A stretch of 64,000 nt of DNA from Bacteroides sp. CAG:545. Lineage in GTDB: Bacteria; Bacillota; Negativicutes; Acidaminococcales; Acidaminococcaceae. The stretch is taken from positions 31,494-95,493 of the forward strand of contig CAVKUS010000002.1 in NCBI GenBank assembly GCA_963659725.1. The letters are read 5' to 3'. How positions within the stretch are numbered: position 1 is the stretch's first letter; each line of letters starts with the position of its first letter. The translations under genes and the position numbers were made by a program. The notes under the pieces were generated by a model. It was given only the letters and a program-made list of their open reading frames with translations. It made no database searches and was not told where the DNA came from. Shown piece after piece: positions 51,546-59,354 of this stretch.

Positions 51546-52559
51546 TTATAACTCTCTGCCGACAATGTTCGCAATGCCTCTGAGGTCGCCCATCAGCTTA
51601 GCAAAACGGTCCGGCTTTAAGGATTGGGCACCATCGCACCATGCTGCTTCAGGATTGTTATGTACTTCAATAATCAAACCGTCCGCACCTACTGCAACCG
51701 CAGCCTTAGCCAAGGGCTCTACCATCCACCACATGCCTGCTGCATGGCTCGGGTCAACTACTACCGGCAGATGGCTGAGTCTTTTTACTGCAGGAATAGC
51801 GCTTACGTCAAGCGTATTGCGGGTGTAGGTTTCAAAGGTACGGATACCGCGTTCGCAAAGGATAACATTCTCGTTGCCCTCGCTCATTATGTATTCCGCT
51901 GCCATCAGCCATTCCTCAATCGTTGCCGCCAAACCGCGCTTCAAAAGAATAGGCTTATTGGTTTTGCCCAATTCCTTCAGCAAATCGAAGTTCTGCATAT
52001 TGCGGGCACCGACCTGAATCAGGTCAACATCCTCAACAAAGCGTTCCACCATGTAAGGTGACATGATTTCCGTAACAATCGGCAGGCCGGTTGCTGCTCT
52101 GGCATTTTTCAGGAAATCCAGGCCTTTTTCCTTTAAACCCTGGAAGGAGTACGGAGAAGTGCGGGGTTTAAACGCACCGCCACGCATCAGCGTAGCGCCT
52201 GCGGCCTTAACATCCTCGGCAATTTCCGTTACCTGCTCCTGGGTTTCTACGGAACATGGACCTGCAATAACCTGCAGCTTTTTGCCGCCAAACTTTCTGC
52301 CTGCAACATCTACAATGCTGTCCTCGGGATGGAACATGCGGTTCGCACGTTTGAAAGGCTCCTGCACACGCATTACCTTTTCTACACCCTCGACAACACG
52401 CAAAAGGTTGATATCCAAAGCGCTGGTATCACCAACAACACCAAACAGAGAGGCATTTACGCCATCACTGGCATGAATCTGGAAGCCCTTGCTTTCTAAT
52501 TGGTTTTTCAGCTTAGTTTTTTCCTCAACAGTTGCATTTTGTTTGAATACGATAATCAT
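51546..52559 (-). CDS. aroF: 3-deoxy-7-phosphoheptulonate (DAHP) synthase, type I-beta, with an N-terminal ferredoxin-like regulatory domain (copy 1)
   Basis: 337 aa. A TIM-barrel core (...IAGPCSVE..., ...LKRG..., ...DPSH...) follows a ~70-aa ACT/FL-like N-domain, as in the Thermotoga-type enzymes. Confidence 0.9.
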   Translation of the reverse strand: MIIVFKQNATVEEKTKLKNQLESKGFQIHASDGVNASLFGVVGDTSALDINLLRVVEGVEKVMRVQEPFKRANRMFHPEDSIVDVAGRKFGGKKLQVIAGPCSVETQEQVTEIAEDVKAAGATLMRGGAFKPRTSPYSFQGLKEKGLDFLKNARAATGLPIVTEIMSPYMVERFVEDVDLIQVGARNMQNFDLLKELGKTNKPILLKRGLAATIEEWLMAAEYIMSEGNENVILCERGIRTFETYTRNTLDVSAIPAVKRLSHLPVVVDPSHAAGMWWMVEPLAKAAVAVGADGLIIEVHNNPEAAWCDGAQSLKPDRFAKLMGDLRGIANIVGREL

Positions 52560-52669
52560 GATAAAATCTCTCCTTTAATCTAATCTACTATGCTACAATA
52601 CTACTCCCAGATCAGGAGTTATTACAAACCCTTACGCTTTTTTATATTGCTAAGGGATAATGCCTTAAC

Positions 52670-53683
52670 TTACATATCTCTGCCGACAATTCTGGCAATG
52701 CCCTTCAGCTCGCCCATCAGTCTGGCGAAGCGTTCAGGTCTTAAGGACTGTGCGCCGTCACAAAGCGCTGCTTCCGGATTGTTGTGGACTTCTATCAAAA
52801 GTCCGTCGGCACCGACTGCTACAGCAGCCTTCGCCAGCGGCTCTACCATCCACCACAAGCCTGCTGCATGGCTCGGGTCAACTACTACCGGCAGATGGCT
52901 GAGCTTTTTCACAGCGGGAATTGCGCTTACATCCAGTGTATTGCGCGTATATGTTTCAAAGGTGCGGATACCGCGTTCGCAAAGGATAACGTTTTCATTG
53001 CCTTCGCTCATGATATATTCCGCTGCCATCAGCCATTCCTCAATCGTTGCTGCCAAACCGCGCTTTAACAAAATCGGCTTATTGGTCTTGCCCAGCTCCT
53101 TCAGCAGTTCAAAGTTCTGCATGTTGCGGGCGCCAACCTGAATCAAATCTACATCCTCTACAAAGCGCTCTATCATATACGGTGACATGATTTCTGTTAC
53201 TATCGGCAGACCTGTTTCCTTTTTGGCACCCTTTAAATAATCCAGGCCAACCTCCTTCAAGCCTTGGAAGGAATACGGCGATGTGCGGGGCTTGAAGGCG
53301 CCGCCGCGAAGCATTGAGGCGCCGCCAAGCTTGATGGACTTGGCAATATCCGTAACCTGCTCCTGCGTTTCTACGGAGCAAGGACCTGCGATAACCTGAA
53401 TCTTGCGTCCGCCGACTTCAACACCGCCGACATTAATCACTGAATCCTGCGGATGGAACATGCGGTTGGCCCGCTTGAACGGCTCCTGCACTCGCATTAC
53501 CTTGTCTACCGCATCATCAATACGCAGCATATTGATATCAAGTGTGCTCGTATCGCCGATGATACCGAAGATGGTCATGTTGACACCATTAATTTCGTTA
53601 ATTTGGAATCCCTTGCTTTCCAAATTGCTGCGCATTTTCGCTTTATTTTCCTCCGGTGCTCCCGGCTTGAATACTATTACCAT
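52670..53683 (-). CDS. aroF: DAHP synthase, type I-beta, with an N-terminal regulatory domain (copy 2, first gene of the operon)
   Basis: 337-aa paralog of 51546..52559. The catalytic core is almost identical and the N-terminal ~70 aa are clearly more diverged. Confidence 0.9.
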   Translation of the reverse strand: MVIVFKPGAPEENKAKMRSNLESKGFQINEINGVNMTIFGIIGDTSTLDINMLRIDDAVDKVMRVQEPFKRANRMFHPQDSVINVGGVEVGGRKIQVIAGPCSVETQEQVTDIAKSIKLGGASMLRGGAFKPRTSPYSFQGLKEVGLDYLKGAKKETGLPIVTEIMSPYMIERFVEDVDLIQVGARNMQNFELLKELGKTNKPILLKRGLAATIEEWLMAAEYIMSEGNENVILCERGIRTFETYTRNTLDVSAIPAVKKLSHLPVVVDPSHAAGLWWMVEPLAKAAVAVGADGLLIEVHNNPEAALCDGAQSLRPERFARLMGELKGIARIVGRDM

Positions 53684-53751
53684 AAATTGTCTCCCCTTCG
53701 TTCTGACACCCTTGTCATTTAATTTACCCTACTGCTATAAGCTACCATGCT

Positions 53752-53786
53752 ATAAAAAAAGCAGGCTCCCGTAAAAGAGCCTGCTG
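53752..53786 (-). terminator. Intrinsic terminator, candidate attenuator, upstream of the aro operon
   Basis: On the minus strand, a 9-bp stem agcaggctc-ttttacgg-gagcctgct is followed by ttttttt. It lies 70 nt upstream of the aroF ATG and 40 nt downstream of the leader ORF stop. Confidence 0.7.
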
Positions 53787-53827
53787 TAAAAGCTAAATCT
53801 TAATTGCAAGCACTGCGCTCGCAAATA

Positions 53828-53968
53828 CTATTTATAGTCTCCAATACGATGATTACTGCTATATGATTTTTTCCATGCAAAATAACCGGTGCTAAAATAA
53901 TAGTTAAAGACCGGTGCGTAATAAAAACCATATTCAATTGCAGTGTTCATCATTTTAGATTCCATCAT
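53828..53968 (-). CDS. 46-codon aromatic-rich leader ORF (candidate leader peptide)
   Basis: My translation is MMESKMMNTAIEYGFYYAPVFNYYFSTGYFAWKKSYSSNHRIGDYK*, with 8 Tyr, 4 Phe and 1 Trp out of 46. An AGGTGA Shine-Dalgarno lies just upstream. The ORF is below the size cutoff of the ORF track. Confidence 0.45.
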   Translation of the reverse strand: MMESKMMNTAIEYGFYYAPVFNYYFSTGYFAWKKSYSSNHRIGDYK

Positions 53969-54037
53969 TTTCACCTGCAACAACTTCAGCATTTCCGTAT
54001 GCTTCAAATTTTATCGCCGCAATCAGCGATTGAAGTT

Positions 54038-54067
54038 ATTTTACTCCTATCACTCTGCAAACGTCAA
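54038..54067 (-). promoter_or_regulatory. Candidate sigma70-type promoter for the aro leader and operon
   Basis: Minus strand reads TTGACG (54067-54062), an 18-nt spacer, then TAAAAT (54043-54038). Confidence 0.5.
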
Positions 54068-54175
54068 GGAAAAAGCTTAATTTTATTTATTTTTTATCTT
54101 ATCGCATTATTATTGTAAACTAGGTTACAGTAATAATACCAATTACAAAGCTTACATAGATTTTTTGTTACTGAC

Positions 54176-55006
54176 TTATAAGCTCGCTTCCAAAGCGCAG
54201 GGATTCATCAATGCGCCTACAGCATCTGCCCGACAACGGTTGCAATGCTGCATCTGCGGCATCCACTGCCTGCAAACATTACGCAGCTGCATAATTTCTT
54301 CGGCCGCAGGTTCCGCAAGATGCGCAAAGCCGGTTCCCTCCACCGGCAGCATCGGTAAAATATTCTGCAGCTTCGCTCCCAACAAAGCCATACGTCTGGC
54401 AATCGCCGGGATTTCCTGTATATTCACGCCGGGTATCGCCACCGTATTTATCTTCACCTTCACGCCGTATTCACCAAACAGCTGCAATCCTTCTATCTGT
54501 CTTTCCAACAACAGCGCAGCAGCCTCTTCGCCGACATATTTTTTGCCGTCATCATTGATAAAGCTGTAAATATGCGCCCCTGTATTGCTGGTAATTGCAT
54601 TCACCGTTACCGTAACATAATCAATACCTAAGGCTGCTATCTCCTTGGCATACTTCGGCAGATAAAGTCCATTAGTCGAAAGGCAGAAGAAAACATCCTT
54701 ATCAACCTCACGAATCATGCTCAGCGTTCTGCTGACCGCCGGCCAGTTGGCCAGTGCATCGCCGGGGCCGGCAATGCCTGCTACCGTCAGTTTCGGTACC
54801 TTAGCCTTCATCTGCAAATACCACTCGACTGCATCCTCCGGCACCATAACACGAGCTACGACACCGGGACGGCTTTCATTTACACAGCTATATTTGCGCA
54901 GGCAATAGTTACACTGCATGTTGCATTTGGGTGCGACTGGTAAATGAATGCGGGCATAATCGCTGCATTTAGCGGTAAAACAGGGATGTGTTTCAAGCTC
55001 ACTCAT
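54176..55006 (-). CDS. NifB-like radical SAM protein (radical SAM core only)
   Basis: From the ATG at 55006 the sequence is MSELETHPCFTAKCSDYARIHLPVAPKCNMQCNYCLRKYSCVNESRPGV..., the NifB-type N-terminal signature with CxxxCxxC. The ATG overlaps the upstream stop (ATGAGTGA). The longer ORF-track start at 55114 is unlikely. Confidence 0.8.
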   Translation of the reverse strand: MSELETHPCFTAKCSDYARIHLPVAPKCNMQCNYCLRKYSCVNESRPGVVARVMVPEDAVEWYLQMKAKVPKLTVAGIAGPGDALANWPAVSRTLSMIREVDKDVFFCLSTNGLYLPKYAKEIAALGIDYVTVTVNAITSNTGAHIYSFINDDGKKYVGEEAAALLLERQIEGLQLFGEYGVKVKINTVAIPGVNIQEIPAIARRMALLGAKLQNILPMLPVEGTGFAHLAEPAAEEIMQLRNVCRQWMPQMQHCNRCRADAVGALMNPCALEASL

Positions 55007-56234
55007 GATTAACCTCACAAATACTTTCACGCAAGCCGGCATACCGGCCATCGGATTTATACTGCTGCTGCAAGGCGCCGTTAACAATCTGCTCAATGAG
55101 CAAGGCAGCGCCACGCGCTCCTACAAGCGTATTATCGGTAAAGCACAGCCGGTCAAAGGCAGGATAGGCGCAGCGCACTAACGGCACCTGATATTTATCT
55201 GCCAAATTCTTTAAAAAAGAAGAACCGCAAAGCAATACAGGCTTGTGCTTTGCTGCAGTCGCTTCCATTTTATCCAAGCTAAATTCCGCCGTATCCTCTG
55301 CAATAACAACGCGCATGCCCAATTCTTCGGCAAAAAAGCTCTGTAAGCCCGCTAAATGTGCCTTGTCCGTAGCTAAAGCTACAGGCAGCTGATACAAATT
55401 CACCAGATAATCCGCACAGCGATAAACGAGCTTTTCAGCCGCAGCCTCCAGCTCTGCAAGCTCATCGGAAAAATCAATTTTCAATGCTTCGCCCAGCTGA
55501 CGCAAAAAATCTTGCATTCCCGCCACACCGTAAGGATAAGCGCATTTGATGTATTGCACGCCAAATTTTTCCTGCATTTTCTTCGCTAACGGCTCGCCAT
55601 AGCCGAAGCAGATATTCAGCTCTGCCTGCGGCATTGCTGCAATATCGCGCAAGCTGCAATCCTGCAGTACGCAGTTAATTTTAACCTTGGAACCTAAAAA
55701 TTTCTTCAGTTCTTCCAAATCATTATCCGCATAGGGATCATCATTCATTATGCCAAGAATATTTATCGTAGCAGCTTGTTTTTTCTCCGCAGCTCGGAGC
55801 AAGGGCACCAACGCTAAATAAGCTGCTTCTGCACCGCTGTCAATATTCCCTGCATATCCCGGCGCTTTTACATGCAATAATTTTTGTGAGCCTTCTGTCG
55901 TAGCCAAAATGCCGTCCACATCATCACCAATCATATTCGGCACACAGCCGCTGACTACAAAAACAGCTCCGCAATGCGCAAAAATACGCTCTGCCTCCTG
56001 CAAAGCTTTACGCAAAACCTTCTCGCCGCCATTGACAACATCTTCATCATAGATAACATCAGAGACCTGACGTACATCATAAGGCTTACCGGCATATCTG
56101 AATGCCAGGCTGCCCCACTGACAGCCTACAACAGAATGCTGCAGGATTAAGGCATCCTTAATTCCGCCAAGAGCACGTACAGCACCAAACAACGCACAGC
56201 TACTTAATGGTTTCATTATTTTCTCTGCCTCCAT
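54999..56234 (-). CDS. Nitrogenase component-1-family protein (NifK/NifN/BchB-like subunit)
   Basis: ...LILQHSVVGC..., ...DVVNGGEKVL... and ...VSGCVPNMIGDD... are Oxidored_nitro-type motifs. The alternative start is M7 at 56216, which overlaps the upstream stop (TAATG). Confidence 0.75.
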   Translation of the reverse strand: MEAEKIMKPLSSCALFGAVRALGGIKDALILQHSVVGCQWGSLAFRYAGKPYDVRQVSDVIYDEDVVNGGEKVLRKALQEAERIFAHCGAVFVVSGCVPNMIGDDVDGILATTEGSQKLLHVKAPGYAGNIDSGAEAAYLALVPLLRAAEKKQAATINILGIMNDDPYADNDLEELKKFLGSKVKINCVLQDCSLRDIAAMPQAELNICFGYGEPLAKKMQEKFGVQYIKCAYPYGVAGMQDFLRQLGEALKIDFSDELAELEAAAEKLVYRCADYLVNLYQLPVALATDKAHLAGLQSFFAEELGMRVVIAEDTAEFSLDKMEATAAKHKPVLLCGSSFLKNLADKYQVPLVRCAYPAFDRLCFTDNTLVGARGAALLIEQIVNGALQQQYKSDGRYAGLRESICEVNHE

Positions 56235-57715
56235 ACTCTGCTATACAGCTCGCGTGACGCTTTACTGTCTTTATCCGCCTCACGCATCGGATAAAATACC
56301 GGGTCATAAGCCAGCTTGCTCAGCAAAAGACTGCTGCCTGTACGCTGCGGTTGCTGCAGCATCTGCCAAACCTCTTCCATAATATCCACAAAGCCCTGAT
56401 AATTCCACACCGAACGGTCAAACAAATTATAGAGCACCGGAACATTTAAAGAAGCATAGCGCGGATGACCGTTGCAGATAACAAAATCACAGCTCTGCGC
56501 AGCTTCACGCAAAGCCTCTTCCGAAGGCTCCAGTAAAATTTCCGCATCACAGCCATACTCTGCTTTGGCAAGCTCAATTCTGTCCTTAAATCTCTGCATC
56601 ATTGCATCATCCAACCCGGTTTCTGCCTGATAAGAGGGATTCATGATAATGCATATTTTCGTAATCGGCAGACCATAATCCTGCTGGTAAACGCGCAGCG
56701 CATCCGGCAAATAGGCAATACCATGCGCAATCAGGCAGAATTTATACTTGGCAAATTCCGCACGCAGTTCCTGATACCGGGCGGCAACCCGTTCATATTC
56801 TTCCTGTAAAACGTGTTCGACAGCGCTCTCACAGCCAAGCATTTTGCCTATCTGTCTGTATAAATCACTGATTCCTTCAATGCCATGCCACTCCTGCATA
56901 TCGGCAACATGCAGAAACGGCGTGCCAAAGCGCTGCTCCATCGCCAATGCCCACTTCTTGCGACGTACTATATTCAGCGCTGCCCGCGGAGCCTTTTTGA
57001 TTGTCTGCAAATCAGCGGCAGGCAGATAAGCATTAACGGTAATTCCCATTTTCTGCAGCATATCGCTCATGCCCTGCAGCTTATCCTCACCATTATAACC
57101 CCAGACAAAGGCTTCAATATTTACGCTCAACGGCTCTACGCTTTGAGGCTCCATCACCTGCTCAACCAGCGCATCCATCACCTCTACATAGCCACAGCCG
57201 GGATAGACCGCACTGGAAGAAAACTTTTGCTTCTGCTTTTGGCAAGCCTTTTCACGCAAAACCTTGCGGCCGTTGCTCTTGTCCATATGCGAAAAAACCT
57301 GCGACGTAACCGGTACCAGCTTCGCTTTAAACTGCGGCTGCAGGCTGCAGGCCAAGCCAGCCAAATCGTCATTGATAATATCCGACACCACGGAAGGCAG
57401 CAGAAAAATAATCTCCGGCTGCTGCTCACGTTCCACCTTTTGCAGTAAAGCCGTCAGCTTTTTTTCACCGCCGAAAATTACATCATTGTTGCGTAAATCC
57501 GCACATTCCAGCTCATAAACCGGGCTTTGGCCGCTGCGCACATGACAGCGGTAATGAAAGCCGCAACCGCGCGGACTATACAAGACCACGGCAGCATTTT
57601 TGATTTCACTGATGCAGGCAAGATTTCCCGACACCTTGCCATTGACAGCATAGCGATGCAGATAACTTGAAGGGTTCATGCCAAAAAGCATGTTATCCTG
57701 ATAATATTGGTTCAT
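56216..57715 (-). CDS. Nitrogenase component-1-family protein (NifD/NifE/BchN-like subunit)
   Basis: ...VLYSPRGCGFHYRCH..., ...DVIFGGEKKL... and ...LLPSVVSDIINDD.... The third cluster Cys of canonical NifD/E is missing. AGAGAGGAAAAC Shine-Dalgarno. Confidence 0.75.
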   Translation of the reverse strand: MNQYYQDNMLFGMNPSSYLHRYAVNGKVSGNLACISEIKNAAVVLYSPRGCGFHYRCHVRSGQSPVYELECADLRNNDVIFGGEKKLTALLQKVEREQQPEIIFLLPSVVSDIINDDLAGLACSLQPQFKAKLVPVTSQVFSHMDKSNGRKVLREKACQKQKQKFSSSAVYPGCGYVEVMDALVEQVMEPQSVEPLSVNIEAFVWGYNGEDKLQGMSDMLQKMGITVNAYLPAADLQTIKKAPRAALNIVRRKKWALAMEQRFGTPFLHVADMQEWHGIEGISDLYRQIGKMLGCESAVEHVLQEEYERVAARYQELRAEFAKYKFCLIAHGIAYLPDALRVYQQDYGLPITKICIIMNPSYQAETGLDDAMMQRFKDRIELAKAEYGCDAEILLEPSEEALREAAQSCDFVICNGHPRYASLNVPVLYNLFDRSVWNYQGFVDIMEEVWQMLQQPQRTGSSLLLSKLAYDPVFYPMREADKDSKASRELYSRVWRQRK

Positions 57716-57752
57716 AGAGTTTTCCTCTCTTCATAATATATCATTACAATTT

Positions 57753-59288
57753 TTACTCATCATCTGTTACAAGTTCAATTTTATTGATGGCACCGTAATT
57801 TTTTATACGACTGCTGGTCGCAGCAATTGCCATATCGTTGAACAAAGGAACTACAGGCTGCTCTTCAACAGCAATTTCTTGTATTCTATTGAATATCTCC
57901 CGTCGTTTCTGCTCATTTGTAGTATGCTTTACCTCGTTCATCAATTCAACAATTTCATCATTTTCATACGCAACGCTGTTGTTCTTGTTTAACGCTCCGT
58001 CAGGCATTACAAAGGGATACAAGGCAGTATACGGATCTCCGTTAGCCAAACCCTTTTGCAAACGAACTATATTACACTCTCCTTTCCGTATCATTTTTAA
58101 TAAGGTTGCATATTCCAATACTCTTATTTTAACATCTAAACCAATATCTTTCAGCCAATAAGCAATAATTTCTGCTTCGCCTTTTTGCAAAGGCTCCGCT
58201 CCGTTAATTCCGTAAACAACCTCAATACGCTTATCTCCAAGCACCTCATGTGCAAGACGTTTCGCTTCTTGCAAGTCATGCCTTACTGGGAACTCTTTAT
58301 ATCCCGGACTGCAATAATTCAAAATGTTAACAGTCGGTATGGCATAGCCCATATATAGAGCATTAACTAAATCCTGCCTATCAATTGCCAGACTTACAGC
58401 CTGCCTCATCCTGACATCATTAAAAGGAAATTTAGTACCGTTTAATGCCAAATAGCGTACCATCGTCGATTTATTTTTATAAACAACAAAATTGCTATCC
58501 TTTTTCAGTTCTTCCGCTAAAAAAGGCGGTATTGCATTCAAATCGGTTACACCGTCAATTTCGCCGGATTTTAATGCAGCATAACGTGTATCCGTATTAG
58601 GTATTTTGCGCACAATAAATGTTTTTATTTTGCCCTTTTCACCCCAATAATTATCATAACGCTCTATCTTAACATGACTGTTCAGTTTATTTTCTATTAT
58701 TCTATATGGTCCGGTGCCTATTGCGAAGGTTTTAAAATTACCATCTTCAGCGAAGCATTCCGGAGCATAAATCGGACTGCCAAAATCAGTCATCTTATAC
58801 AGTTCGTTTATATTCGCTTCTTTAAAGGTCAATTTAACAGTATACTCATCTAATTTTTCATATTTCAACAGCGAAGGATAAAATGCATCTATATTCAAGC
58901 CATAAAAGGTTGAACGCTTAACACCCTTTTTCATCCGGTCAAAATTAGCAATCACCGAATCCGCATTAAATTTTGTTCCGTTATGAAACAGGACATTTTT
59001 ACGCAGATGAAAAATCCAAATTTTACCATTGTCCTGCATCTCCCAGCTTTGCGCCAGACAAGGTGCAGGCTTATTATCCTTGTCCTTAGTAATCAAAGGC
59101 TCCCAAACACCTAATGAGCTGCTGCAATAATAGGCATCCTTATTACCAGGAGCAAGCTGACGATAGCCGGCAAGAATCACTGTATCATTATCTTTATTTA
59201 TAGTATTTTCTTTGATATCTTCCTGCTTGCCGCAACCGGTCGCAAGAACGAGTAATATAAGAGCAATAATACAATATATTTTTTTCAT
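57753..59288 (-). CDS. Family-5 (NikA/OppA/DppA-type) solute-binding lipoprotein, orphan (copy 1)
   Basis: From the ATG at 59288 the sequence is MKKIYCIIALILLVLATGCGKQ, which contains a lipobox. SBP_bac_5-type sequence follows (...LAQSWEMQDNGKIWIFHLRKNVLFHNGTKFNADSV...). No permease or ATPase gene is adjacent. Confidence 0.85.
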   Translation of the reverse strand: MKKIYCIIALILLVLATGCGKQEDIKENTINKDNDTVILAGYRQLAPGNKDAYYCSSSLGVWEPLITKDKDNKPAPCLAQSWEMQDNGKIWIFHLRKNVLFHNGTKFNADSVIANFDRMKKGVKRSTFYGLNIDAFYPSLLKYEKLDEYTVKLTFKEANINELYKMTDFGSPIYAPECFAEDGNFKTFAIGTGPYRIIENKLNSHVKIERYDNYWGEKGKIKTFIVRKIPNTDTRYAALKSGEIDGVTDLNAIPPFLAEELKKDSNFVVYKNKSTMVRYLALNGTKFPFNDVRMRQAVSLAIDRQDLVNALYMGYAIPTVNILNYCSPGYKEFPVRHDLQEAKRLAHEVLGDKRIEVVYGINGAEPLQKGEAEIIAYWLKDIGLDVKIRVLEYATLLKMIRKGECNIVRLQKGLANGDPYTALYPFVMPDGALNKNNSVAYENDEIVELMNEVKHTTNEQKRREIFNRIQEIAVEEQPVVPLFNDMAIAATSSRIKNYGAINKIELVTDDE

Positions 59289-59305
59289 AACACTACCAAA
59301 ACAAT

Positions 59306-59341
59306 GTAATTTAAAGAAAAGAGGGCGTAAAACCGCCCTCT
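59306..59341 (-). terminator. Intercistronic terminator-like hairpin between the receptor and lipoprotein genes
   Basis: On the minus strand, an 8-bp stem agagggcg/cgccctct is followed by tttctttaaa. An equivalent hairpin occurs at 63615-63653. Confidence 0.55.
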
Positions 59342-59354
59342 TAAACATCATAAA

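Noticed and set aside
54176-57715. Reading the NifB-like, NifK-like and NifD-like genes as a nitrogen-fixation (nif) cluster
   Set aside because: - No nifH and no canonical nifDK are adjacent.
- The NifD/E-like subunit lacks the third conserved cluster Cys (LLPSVVSDIINDD).
- The genes sit behind transport genes and a cobalamin riboswitch.

They are therefore treated as a nitrogenase-like (Nfl-type) system of unknown function. The nifEN-B alternative is listed as a refutation test in the corresponding finding.
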